Positions 1 to 8,908 of a stretch of 64,000 nt of DNA are shown piece by piece (position 1 is the stretch's first letter; every line of letters begins with the position of its first letter). A program made the position numbers and the translations under genes. Below the pieces are notes generated by a model. That model ran no database searches. It was not told where the DNA came from and worked only from the letters and a program-made list of their open reading frames with translations. Origin of the DNA: Spirochaetia bacterium. Its GTDB lineage: Bacteria > Spirochaetota > Spirochaetia > CADAEX01. The stretch spans positions 1 through 64,000 of the forward strand of contig CAXXHA010000032.1 in NCBI GenBank assembly GCA_963662265.2, in the 5' to 3' direction.

Positions 1-287
1 AACCTTTCTCAGCACTTGATGCTATTACAAGAGAATCGATACAGGATCTGCTTCTTGAAATTCTTTCAGAAAGGGAAACAGGATCCCTGATCGTAACCCA
101 CAGTATTGAAGAGGCTGTTTTCCTTTCCTCTTCGATTTATATCATGCCCCCCTCCCCCCATGAAGGCTTCAAAAGGAAGATTGAAAATCCCTTCGGTTCG
201 GGGGGGCATTCCAGAAAATCTGAAATATTCTTTAAATGCTGCCTGGAAGTCAGGGAAATTATGGAGAAATATTCTGGAAACAGCTGA
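1..287 (+). CDS. ABC transporter ATP-binding protein, NitT/TauT family (3' part, truncated by window start)
   Basis: Not in the ORF track. Frame 3 reads PFSALDAITRESIQDLLLEIL...LIVTHSIEEAVFLS, i.e. the D-loop (SALD) and H-switch (VTHSIEEA); stop TGA at 285-287. Confidence 0.9.
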   Translation, partial: PFSALDAITRESIQDLLLEILSERETGSLIVTHSIEEAVFLSSSIYIMPPSPHEGFKRKIENPFGSGGHSRKSEIFFKCCLEVREIMEKYSGNS

Positions 288-315
288 TCTGTACATTACA
301 GCGGTAAATATACTG

Positions 316-921
316 ATGCACTCAGGCGCAACTGTTCTCCGTATTGCAGCAGCAATACTTCTATCGACAATTACAGCAGTACCTGCAGGAATATGTCTCG
401 GATTATCAGGAAAATGGAAAAGCTTCTTCAGTCCCCTGGTTTACATCCTCTACACAGTACCGAAAATATCTGTTTATCCTCTTGCTATAATACTTCTCGG
501 CCTTAACAGCAGGGCGGCAGTGTTTATAATGTCTCTTGTACTTTTTTTTCAGATACTGATTGCAGTGAGAGACAAAAGCAGCAGAATAAGCAGGCAATAC
601 TTCCTGTCGCTTGCATCCATAGGGGGGAGAAAAATGGATAACCTCCGATACATAGTAATCCCCTCTGTACTTACTTCCTATTTTACAGCTCTCAGGATAG
701 GAATATCTGCAGCCATTGCTGTGGCCTTCTTCACAGAATCAGCTTCCCCCTCATCATACGGACTTGGTAATTTTGTAATGACAAGCTGGTCAATAATTGA
801 CTACCCGATGATGGCAGCCGGGATAGCAGCTACAGCTGCTGTCGGTATTGTTCTTTATTCCATAGCAGGATACCTGGAAAGAAGATTTGTCCCGTGGGGC
901 AGAACAGGTAAAAAATATTAA
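316..921 (+). CDS. ABC transporter permease, NitT/TauT family (start uncertain)
   Basis: Hydrophobic protein with LYTVPKISVYP, an EAA-like loop (LASIGGRKMDNLRYIVIP) and TES...GLG. The track start at 106 overlaps the ATPase, so ATG 316 or CTG 274 is more likely. Confidence 0.8.
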   Translation: MHSGATVLRIAAAILLSTITAVPAGICLGLSGKWKSFFSPLVYILYTVPKISVYPLAIILLGLNSRAAVFIMSLVLFFQILIAVRDKSSRISRQYFLSLASIGGRKMDNLRYIVIPSVLTSYFTALRIGISAAIAVAFFTESASPSSYGLGNFVMTSWSIIDYPMMAAGIAATAAVGIVLYSIAGYLERRFVPWGRTGKKY

Positions 922-996
922 CAAATCCTCAACTGGAAGCAGGCCGGCACAAAAATATACAAGCTTCCATTTACATAGAGCCCGGAGTATAAGCTG

Positions 997-1734
997 TCAT
1001 AGTGTTTTCCACCTGCACAGCCATTTCTCAAGAAGATCAATTGAAACATAGAGGATAAACACTGACAGGGAGAGAACTGTGATCCCTGAATAAAGATCAA
1101 TATAATCAAGCCTCAGCCATGCATCCATTATGTAGTATCCCATTCCTTTTTCAGTCCCGTAGTACTCGATAAAAAAAAGGACTGCGCATGATATTCCCGC
1201 AGATATCTTGAGAGATGTTAATATATCAGGGAGAGAATAAGGGATTATTATATTCCTCACAGATCCCCATCTGTCCCCACCTATCGAATAATATGAAATG
1301 AAAAATTCCTCATTTATTTCCTTTATGCTGTCTCTCGCCGAAACAGCTGACGGAAAAAAAACAATGATAAAAATCAGAATTATCTTTGACAGCTCGCCTG
1401 TCCCGAAAAGAATCATCAGTAGAGGTATTAAAAGCACTTTGGGGATTGGAAAAATTGCATAAAAAAGGGGGGCTGTCAGGTTATCAACAGATCTGTTTCT
1501 CCCTGCAAAGAAACCGGCGGAAAACCCGGTCAGCGCGCCCAGAGTAAAACCTGAGGCAAGCCTGAAAAAAGTTGCTGCAAGGTGCGGCAGAGGGTGTCTG
1601 CCTGATAAATCAGAAAGGTTTTGCAATATTTTACCGGGAGGGGGGAGCAGCGGAGTATCTGAAGCTGCAGACAAGACCTGCCACACTGAAGCGATAAACA
1701 GCAGAGCCAGTATCGTCCCGGTAATTTTTCTCAA
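997..1734 (-). CDS. ABC transporter permease, NitT/TauT family
   Basis: LLPPP after TM1, PIPKVLLIP, EAA-like loop SIGGDRWGSVRNIIIP, IEYYGTEKGMGYYI; TTG start abuts the SBP stop. Confidence 0.9.
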   Translation of the reverse strand: MRKITGTILALLFIASVWQVLSAASDTPLLPPPGKILQNLSDLSGRHPLPHLAATFFRLASGFTLGALTGFSAGFFAGRNRSVDNLTAPLFYAIFPIPKVLLIPLLMILFGTGELSKIILIFIIVFFPSAVSARDSIKEINEEFFISYYSIGGDRWGSVRNIIIPYSLPDILTSLKISAGISCAVLFFIEYYGTEKGMGYYIMDAWLRLDYIDLYSGITVLSLSVFILYVSIDLLEKWLCRWKTL

Positions 1735-2673
1735 TTATTTTCCTTTTTTATCAACTCTGTATGATGATTTCAGAATATCTTCTGCTGACAGTGAACTTTC
1801 AACAAGATCCCGTTTTTTCAGCCATTCGAGAACATTTTCCATTTCAGGATAGCCGGGTACTTCAGCTTCAGGGTAAAACGGTATCTCGATAATTCCTTTG
1901 ACAGGAGGCGGGAATCCTATTTCAGAGATAATACTGTCAATCCACTCGTTCTGATCAGTACTGTTTATATATTCACATGCCCTGTTATAGGCTGTGTAGA
2001 ACCTGTCCAGCAGTTTATCGTTCTTTTTCACAAAATCACCCTTAAATATCATTACAGCAGGTTCAATCAACAGGTTGTCTGTCATATCAATCACCTTACC
2101 CCCTTTGCTGACAGCAAGGGATGCAAGAGGTTCCGGCAGGAGAGCTGAATCCAGTTTCCCTTCATCAAGCATCTGGAGCCGTACAGGCATCTGGGGAATT
2201 ACAACCTTTCTGACAAAATCGGGATCTGAGCCCCTCTTTTCGAGTATCCTGTCCGCGGCATATTCAATTATAGTGTTTCTTGATATACCGATTGTCCGGT
2301 TTTCAAGCCCATCAACTGAATTTATATCAAGACTGCCTGATGCCACTATCCGGTATGACCCTGTAGTTTTTGATGTCACATCAATGTCAAACCCGCTGTT
2401 TTCAGCAAATGCTGCAGAAAGAAGGTCTGAACTCACGCCGTTGACACTGCCGGAAAAGAAAGCAGTATCCCTGTCTTTGGCGCTTCTGTAGTATTCAATT
2501 TCAACATCAAGCCCCTCATCCATGAAATATCCGTTGATATCAGCGACAGCAAACGGTATTGAATTGAGATCAGGAAGAAGTGCAATCCTGACAGCCGCTG
2601 TTTCGTTTTTTCCGCTGCCGTAAAGCGGCATCAGGGCTGAAAAAACTATCAATACAAATATAATTTTTTTCAT
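1735..2673 (-). CDS. ABC transporter substrate-binding protein, NMT1/SsuA/THI5-like fold
   Basis: Signal peptide MKKIIFVLIVFSALMPLYGSGKNE, GYFMDEGLDVE and GKLDSALLPEP motifs; GGAG RBS before ATG 2673. Confidence 0.88.
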   Translation of the reverse strand: MKKIIFVLIVFSALMPLYGSGKNETAAVRIALLPDLNSIPFAVADINGYFMDEGLDVEIEYYRSAKDRDTAFFSGSVNGVSSDLLSAAFAENSGFDIDVTSKTTGSYRIVASGSLDINSVDGLENRTIGISRNTIIEYAADRILEKRGSDPDFVRKVVIPQMPVRLQMLDEGKLDSALLPEPLASLAVSKGGKVIDMTDNLLIEPAVMIFKGDFVKKNDKLLDRFYTAYNRACEYINSTDQNEWIDSIISEIGFPPPVKGIIEIPFYPEAEVPGYPEMENVLEWLKKRDLVESSLSAEDILKSSYRVDKKGK

Positions 2674-2677
2674 TAAA

Positions 2678-3247
2678 TCAACTCCATTCATCTGTGAGGT
2701 TATTTTCTATATCAAGTGCAGATAGTATCCGTCCTGCAATAAAATCGACAATTTCACCAATTGAGGCAGGTTTGAAGTAAAACCCGGGGGAGGCAGGGAG
2801 AATGATACCTCCCGCATCATGAAGTTTCAGCATGGCCTCAAGATTTATCCTGCTGTATGGACTCTCCCTCGGAACAACAACAAGTTTCCTCCCCTCTTTA
2901 AGCGTTACAGAGCAGGCCCTCCCGAGAAGATTATTAAGTGATCCTGATGCAATCCCGGACAGTGAAGTCATGCTGCAGGGAACAACAGCCATGCCGTCGA
3001 ACCGGAAAGACCCGCTTGCAACAGGGGCAAAAAGGTTGTCAACTTCATGCATGACAATACTGCCTGCTTTCAATAAATCTGAAAAATGATTATCCAGATT
3101 TTCCCCTGTTTCGAATTCAACCACCTTTTTCCCGTTGTCTGTTGCAATTACATGGACCTGGATACCATGATTTACAAGCTCCCTGATTACTTTTATTCCG
3201 TAAATACTGCCGCTTGCTCCTGTTATACCGATAACTATTTTTTTCAA
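2678..3247 (-). CDS. ubiX: UbiX family flavin prenyltransferase (MqnM-like)
   Basis: GITGASGSIYG, ASGSF, VVPCSM, KEGRKLVVVPRESP and PASPGFY are the UbiX signatures. Confidence 0.95.
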   Translation of the reverse strand: MKKIVIGITGASGSIYGIKVIRELVNHGIQVHVIATDNGKKVVEFETGENLDNHFSDLLKAGSIVMHEVDNLFAPVASGSFRFDGMAVVPCSMTSLSGIASGSLNNLLGRACSVTLKEGRKLVVVPRESPYSRINLEAMLKLHDAGGIILPASPGFYFKPASIGEIVDFIAGRILSALDIENNLTDEWS

Positions 3248-4110
3248 TTAATCCCTCCGGAAAAATAAACATCGCAAAATGTGAAAACAAGAAACAGGAC
3301 ACCGATAAGCTTGTTTATACTGTATGATGCTGTCTCTATTTTGTTTTTCCTTCTCCAGGCAATAAAGTGCTCTGTAAAAAGAAGAACAAGAACAGAAGCT
3401 GTTCCAACATGGAAGAAGAGTCCCCTCTTTTCCATAAATGAAAAAACAAACAGAAACAGGATTGTAAGAATATGACTTCCCGCAGACACAAACATACTCA
3501 CCCTTTTCCCGAACATTGCAGGGACAGAATAGAGATTCTCCTGCCTGTCAAAATCAGTATCCTGCGTTGAATAGATTATGTCAAATCCGGAAACCCAGAG
3601 CGCATTTGCAGATGTCAGCACAAGAGAACTCAGGCTGATACCTCCTGTTACAGCAATCCATGCACCAAGCGTTCCCCCTGCGCAGGCAGCTCCCAGAATC
3701 AGGTGGCTGAAAAAGGTAAAACGCTTCGAGTATGAGTAGAGTATAAACACGAATCCTGCAAGTGGAAGCAGATAGAAACACAGGGGCCGGAGGAGCCATG
3801 CAGAGGCAGCAAGAACTACCCCGGACAGGGCAGTAACTGCATAAGCTTCTTTCATACTGACTCTGCCTGAAGGTATATGCCTTCCCCTGGTCCTCGGGTT
3901 TTTAGCATCAATATCCCTGTCAATTATCCTGTTAAGTGCATTTGCAGCTGTCCGGGCGCCTGTGAATGCTGCTGTTATCAGTATAATTACAGGAAGTTCA
4001 GGTACCCTGTTTCCGGCAAGCAGCATTGAAGCAAGAGTAAAAGGAAGGGAGAAAAGGGTATGGGAGAACATAACCATCTCACCGTAGTTTTTAAGTCTCT
4101 TAAAAACCAT
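3244..4110 (-). CDS. ubiA: UbiA-like polyprenyltransferase (MqnP type)
   Basis: FSHTLFSLPF, NRIIDRDIDAKNPRT (first Asp-rich motif), YSYSKRF, GFDIIYSTQDTDFD; start overlaps the ubiD stop after a GGAGG RBS. Confidence 0.93.
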   Translation of the reverse strand: MVFKRLKNYGEMVMFSHTLFSLPFTLASMLLAGNRVPELPVIILITAAFTGARTAANALNRIIDRDIDAKNPRTRGRHIPSGRVSMKEAYAVTALSGVVLAASAWLLRPLCFYLLPLAGFVFILYSYSKRFTFFSHLILGAACAGGTLGAWIAVTGGISLSSLVLTSANALWVSGFDIIYSTQDTDFDRQENLYSVPAMFGKRVSMFVSAGSHILTILFLFVFSFMEKRGLFFHVGTASVLVLLFTEHFIAWRRKNKIETASYSINKLIGVLFLVFTFCDVYFSGGIN

Positions 4111-5539
4111 ATTCCTCCCACCGTTCATCCACCATCTTTTTGATATCGCTGCTCATTTCAATATCACCGGGCCATTCCCTGTTGTGCCCTTCTTCCCCCC
4201 GTTTCACAGTAGCATCTATACCCATCCTGTTGCCGAACAGGGGATGGGGAGAAGCATGGTCAAGCGCATCAAGAGGTCCTTCCGTAATCACGATATCACG
4301 TTTCGGATCAATATTATTGAATACCTTCCATGCGACTGTTGAGAGGTCAGAAGGATCTATATTTTCATCAACAACAACTATCATCTTTGTATACATCATC
4401 TGCCCCATTCCCCAGAGAGAATACATGATCTTTTTCGCATGACCCGGGAACTGCTTCCTGATAGATACGATTACGCAGTTATGGAAAACCCCTTCCAGGG
4501 GAAAGTTTATATCAACTATTTCAGGACACTGTATTTTAAGGAGGGGGAGAAAAATCCGTTCAGTCGCCTTCCCGAGGAAACAGTCTTCCATGGGAGGTTT
4601 GCCCACTATTGTGGCAGGATAAACAGGTTTTTTTCTCCTTGTTATTTTTTCAACATGAAAGACAGGGTACATCCCCTTGAGTGAGTAATAACCTGTATGG
4701 TCTCCAAACGGCCCCTCTTCCCTGAGAGGTTCTGCCGGATCCACATATCCTTCCAGCACAAACTCCGCGTTGGCCGGAACCCGTATATCATTAGTAATAC
4801 ACTTTACAGTTTCGACAGCCGACTTTCTCAGGAAACCGGCAAACATCATCTCATCGATAATCGGGGGAAGCGGGGCTGTGGCCGCGTATATAAGCGCGGG
4901 GTCTGATCCGAGGACAACAGAAACAGGCATGATTTCTCCACGCTTTCTGTATTTCTCAAATATCGATGAACCATCTTTATGCTTGTGCCAGTGCATCCCT
5001 GTCGTGTTCTTTGAATATACCTGCATCCGGTACATCCCCATATTCTGCTGCCCTGAATCAGGATCTCTTGTTATCACGAGGGGAAGCGTTATAAACCGCC
5101 CGCCGTCTTCAGGCCAGCAGTGAAGAACAGGTAGGGCTGACAGGTCGCAGTCTTCAACAACTTCCTGGCATATCCCTTTTGCAACATTTTTCGGAAAAAC
5201 AGAGATCATTCTGGAAAGGCGGGGAACAGCCTTGATCTTATCCAGGAGAGACATGTACCCTGAAACATTAATAAGTTCTTCGATATCTGAAGCGATCTGT
5301 TCAATCGATTCAACTTCAAACGCGAGATTCAGTTTATCGTAACCTGCAAATGTATTAATAAGAACAGGGTAATCAGAGCCTTTCACATTGGTAAAAAGAA
5401 GAGCCTCGCCCCCCTTTTTCACAGTCCTGTCTGCAATTTCTGTTATCTCAAGATAACTGTCAACCTCAGCATCTATCTGCCTGAGAAGCTTGTTTTTTCT
5501 CAGGATTTCGGCAAAATGCTGTAAGTCCCTGTATGCCAT
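4100..5539 (-). CDS. ubiD: UbiD family prFMN-dependent decarboxylase (menaquinone biosynthesis decarboxylase, MqnL type)
   Basis: EGPFGDHTGYY, WPEDGGRFIT, GMHWHKHKDG, GKPPMED and LDHAS motifs. Confidence 0.95.
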   Translation of the reverse strand: MAYRDLQHFAEILRKNKLLRQIDAEVDSYLEITEIADRTVKKGGEALLFTNVKGSDYPVLINTFAGYDKLNLAFEVESIEQIASDIEELINVSGYMSLLDKIKAVPRLSRMISVFPKNVAKGICQEVVEDCDLSALPVLHCWPEDGGRFITLPLVITRDPDSGQQNMGMYRMQVYSKNTTGMHWHKHKDGSSIFEKYRKRGEIMPVSVVLGSDPALIYAATAPLPPIIDEMMFAGFLRKSAVETVKCITNDIRVPANAEFVLEGYVDPAEPLREEGPFGDHTGYYSLKGMYPVFHVEKITRRKKPVYPATIVGKPPMEDCFLGKATERIFLPLLKIQCPEIVDINFPLEGVFHNCVIVSIRKQFPGHAKKIMYSLWGMGQMMYTKMIVVVDENIDPSDLSTVAWKVFNNIDPKRDIVITEGPLDALDHASPHPLFGNRMGIDATVKRGEEGHNREWPGDIEMSSDIKKMVDERWEEYGF

Positions 5540-5886
5540 AATTCACCCCTGTCTGCTTGTTTTCTGTTTACGGGCAGCTTGAGAAAACTCTCTTCTGCAG
5601 TTTTTCCAACTCAGTTATTCGCCCTCAAGGCGTTTTCACCTCAGTGGGGCCTGACGAAAAAACATAGCTTTTCATGCTTCCCTTGTAATAAAGACCTGAA
5701 ATTAAACACAGTGCTTTATCTTATAGTAATGATATTATTAAAAACAACTGATAACGTACCTGATATTAAAGAAGAATAAGATCAATATTACCATAATTAT
5801 TAATTATATATACTTATTTGCGTTTTTTTCCGTATTATCGCTTAAAGATAAAATTTTTTAAGATAATTTCGATATGGGGAGATAAC

Positions 5887-7914
5887 ATGGAGAAAACAAA
5901 TATAGTAGTCCTCGGCGGAGGGTATGCAGGAATAGAAACTGCGAAAGTGCTTTGCAGAAAATTCAGGAAAAAAAAGAGTATCAGCATCACGCTTATTGAT
6001 AAAAACACCTACCATACCCTTATGACAGAACTTCATGAAGTCGCGGGATCAAGGGTAGAGCCTGACTCTGTAATGGTCAGCTATGACAGAATTTTTGCAG
6101 GAACAGAAATCAATTTAGTAACAGATTTTATTACAGATATTAATTTTGAGTCAAAAGAAGTTAAATCGGAAAAACAGAGTTACCCGTATGATTATCTGGT
6201 TCTGGGAACAGGGGGAGCGCCTGAATTCTTCGATATCCCGGGAATACAGGAACACTCATTCTCTCTGTGGTCTCTTGAGGATTCAATGCGCATCAGGGAG
6301 CATTTTGAAGAACAATTCCGTCTTGCTGCAAAAGAAACAGATATTGTGAGAAAAAAGCAGATGCTGACTTTCGCGGTTGCGGGAGCAGGTTTTACAGGGA
6401 TCGAACTTGCGGGGGAATTCCTCGAAAGAAGAGATGTACTCTGCAGAAAATATCACATTGACAAATCTGATGTCAAAATAATGATAATTGAAGCGCTTGA
6501 TAAGATACTCCCGATTATTGAAGACAATTTGCGGATAAAAACAATCAATTACCTTGAAAAACATGGAGTGGAAATTCTCCTCAACACAAAGATTACCGGA
6601 GCTGAAGAAGATTCTGTAATAACAGACAGCGGAAAAAAAATCAAAACTGATACTTTCGTCTGGACATGTGGAATACATGGTTCAGAATTCACATCAAGAA
6701 TAAACCTTGCAAAGGGACACACAGCAAGGGGGGAATGCAGCTTTGCCTCTTCCGAAGGTATCCATGGAATGAAAGGCTGCAGGTTCGATGAAAACGAAAG
6801 ATATATTGTGGGGAAAAGAGGAAGGCTTCTTGTAAACGAGTTTATGCAGTCAGATGATCACGATGATGTATATATTGTCGGAGACAACATGTGGTACCTT
6901 GAAAACGGAAAGGTTCTTCCCCAGATTGTGGAAACTGCTCTTCAGACAGGCAAATGTGCTGCAGAAAACATTGCGGCAGATATAGAAAACAAAAACAAGA
7001 AAGAATTCAAATCAAACTACCATGGTTTCATGGTATCGGTCGGGGGAAGATATGCTGTTTCAAATGCGGGAGGAATCAAACTCTCCGGTTTTTTTGCAAT
7101 GGCAATGAAACATGTTGTAAATCTCCATTACCTGTTTGGCCTTGCCGGGTTAAATGCTGTATGGAATTACCTGAAACATGAGTTCTTTGATATGAAAGAC
7201 AGAAGATGCTTCCTGGGAGACCATTTATCATGGAAAATCCAGGGCTGGTGGGGAGTCCCTCTCAGGGCCTGGCTCGGAATAATGTGGATTGCAGAAGGTG
7301 TCAATAAAATAGGAGAAGGATGGCTGTCATTCTCTTCAGGAACAAAATCAGGCTGGATGTTCAGTCCGGGCATTGTACAGAAAGGGGTGGATGCAATTGC
7401 ATCAGCTTCGGAAACTGTTACAGAACCAGCTGATGCAGCAGCAGATGCGGTAAGCGCTGCATCCGGCCTTACAGAAACAGTAACACCTGTTTTCGCAAAG
7501 ATATGGGAAACAGGCAATTCAATAATTCCATATGATTCAGCATTTGTTACCTGGTTCAGGGAAACATTCATGGATAATATGATGGCATATATAAGCTATC
7601 CTTTTTTCCAGACAATGATTGTAGTTACAGAAATTGCAATCGGCCTTGCGCTGCTGGGAGGACTGTTTACATGGCTGGCAGCTGCAGCATCAATTGCAAT
7701 GTGCTTTGTCTTCACATTCTCAGGAATGTTCAGCTGGGACCAGGCATGGTTTGTTTTCGCGGCATTTTTGATGCTGGGTGGTGCAGGAAGAAGCCTTGGA
7801 ATTGACCACTGGGTAATGCCGTTAATAAAAAAGTGGTGGAACAGCACTTCTATCGCAAAAAGGACTTTTCTCTACCTCAATGAACCGGTCAGGAGAAACA
7901 GAAAAACAAAATAA
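5887..7914 (+). CDS. ndh: Type II NADH:quinone oxidoreductase with C-terminal DoxX-like membrane domain
   Basis: Two Rossmann motifs (GGGYAG; GAGFTGIELAGE), LPQIVETA, then LRAWLGIMWIAEGVNK and EIAIGLALLGGLFT...GAGRSLGID (DoxX-like). Start moved to ATG 5887 after GGGGAG. Confidence 0.88.
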   Translation: MEKTNIVVLGGGYAGIETAKVLCRKFRKKKSISITLIDKNTYHTLMTELHEVAGSRVEPDSVMVSYDRIFAGTEINLVTDFITDINFESKEVKSEKQSYPYDYLVLGTGGAPEFFDIPGIQEHSFSLWSLEDSMRIREHFEEQFRLAAKETDIVRKKQMLTFAVAGAGFTGIELAGEFLERRDVLCRKYHIDKSDVKIMIIEALDKILPIIEDNLRIKTINYLEKHGVEILLNTKITGAEEDSVITDSGKKIKTDTFVWTCGIHGSEFTSRINLAKGHTARGECSFASSEGIHGMKGCRFDENERYIVGKRGRLLVNEFMQSDDHDDVYIVGDNMWYLENGKVLPQIVETALQTGKCAAENIAADIENKNKKEFKSNYHGFMVSVGGRYAVSNAGGIKLSGFFAMAMKHVVNLHYLFGLAGLNAVWNYLKHEFFDMKDRRCFLGDHLSWKIQGWWGVPLRAWLGIMWIAEGVNKIGEGWLSFSSGTKSGWMFSPGIVQKGVDAIASASETVTEPADAAADAVSAASGLTETVTPVFAKIWETGNSIIPYDSAFVTWFRETFMDNMMAYISYPFFQTMIVVTEIAIGLALLGGLFTWLAAAASIAMCFVFTFSGMFSWDQAWFVFAAFLMLGGAGRSLGIDHWVMPLIKKWWNSTSIAKRTFLYLNEPVRRNRKTK

Positions 7915-7939
7915 GGAATACATCGGAAGCAGGAAGAAA

Positions 7940-8905
7940 TTGAAAAGTAATTTGGTCAGCAATTGTCAGCTGAAAGATAAAATTGAAAAGGTGAAAGAGA
8001 TTATTGCTCTATCATCAGAAAATTCCGCACCGCCTGTCAGGGCCTATATTTCCTCCCTCCTTGAAGGGGGAGGGAAAATGCTCAGACCTTCTTTTGTGAT
8101 CCTTGCAGCAGAATTCGGAAACCATGACAGGGACAGGATACTGAACATTGCAGCAGCCGTTGAAATGCTTCACATGGCATCCCTTGTGCATGATGATATA
8201 ATTGACAATTCAGATACAAGAAGAAACAGGCCTACAGCAATGAAACTCTTCGGAAACAAGATCAGCGTTCTTCTGGGAGATTATATCTTCTCAAAAAGCT
8301 TTGCGCTTTTAGCGGAAAACTCAATATCTGAAAACAGGGAAACATCTGCCTTGCTCATGAGCAGTATATGCGACGGGGAAATCAGGCAGAACAGCTCCCG
8401 TTTTTCTGATGATTTCAGCATGAGATCCTACAAGAGAAGAATTACTGCAAAAACAGCTCTTTTATTCATGATCAGTCTTTACCTGGGCGCTTCCGAAAGC
8501 AGTTGTTCATCCTCCCTGCTCTCTTTATTCAAAAGAATCGGATACAACATTGGAATGAGCTTTCAGATAACTGATGATATTCTTGATTATACAGGTTCGG
8601 AAAAAACAACAGGAAAACCTGCAGGAAACGACCTGAAAGAGGGAATATATACAGCTCCGTTTCTCCACTCTCTTGATACAGAGAACAGGGAACTTCGCCG
8701 GCTTTTAAAAAGGAAACCCTGGTCAAACAGTCAGAGAAAAAAAATTATAAAACTTGTTGAAGAAACCGGCGGAATTGATGAGGCTGAAAAATCAGCATCC
8801 ATATACACAGCAAGAGCATTAAGGGAAATTGACAGACTTCCTGAATGCGCCTCAAAAAATACCTTAAGGGAAATTACAGAAAGCCTTCTTATCCGCAGTT
8901 ACTGA
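7940..8905 (+). CDS. Polyprenyl (heptaprenyl-type) diphosphate synthase, HepT/DmkB-like
   Basis: GGKMLRP, HDDIID...RR (FARM), KTA, FQITDDILD (SARM), GKPAGNDL; probable TTG start at 7940. Confidence 0.92.
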   Translation: MKSNLVSNCQLKDKIEKVKEIIALSSENSAPPVRAYISSLLEGGGKMLRPSFVILAAEFGNHDRDRILNIAAAVEMLHMASLVHDDIIDNSDTRRNRPTAMKLFGNKISVLLGDYIFSKSFALLAENSISENRETSALLMSSICDGEIRQNSSRFSDDFSMRSYKRRITAKTALLFMISLYLGASESSCSSSLLSLFKRIGYNIGMSFQITDDILDYTGSEKTTGKPAGNDLKEGIYTAPFLHSLDTENRELRRLLKRKPWSNSQRKKIIKLVEETGGIDEAEKSASIYTARALREIDRLPECASKNTLREITESLLIRSY

Positions 8906-8908
8906 TTA

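Noticed and set aside
106-315. N-terminal extension of the 271-aa permease ORF
   Set aside because: It overlaps the real ABC ATPase C-terminus in another frame and is not permease-like.
5540-5700. Minus-strand frame with two in-frame TGA codons (possible selenoprotein) and a CTGACGA hammerhead-like core on +
   Set aside because: No start/RBS, recognisable homology or SECIS-like element; the hammerhead stems and GAAA core cannot be completed.
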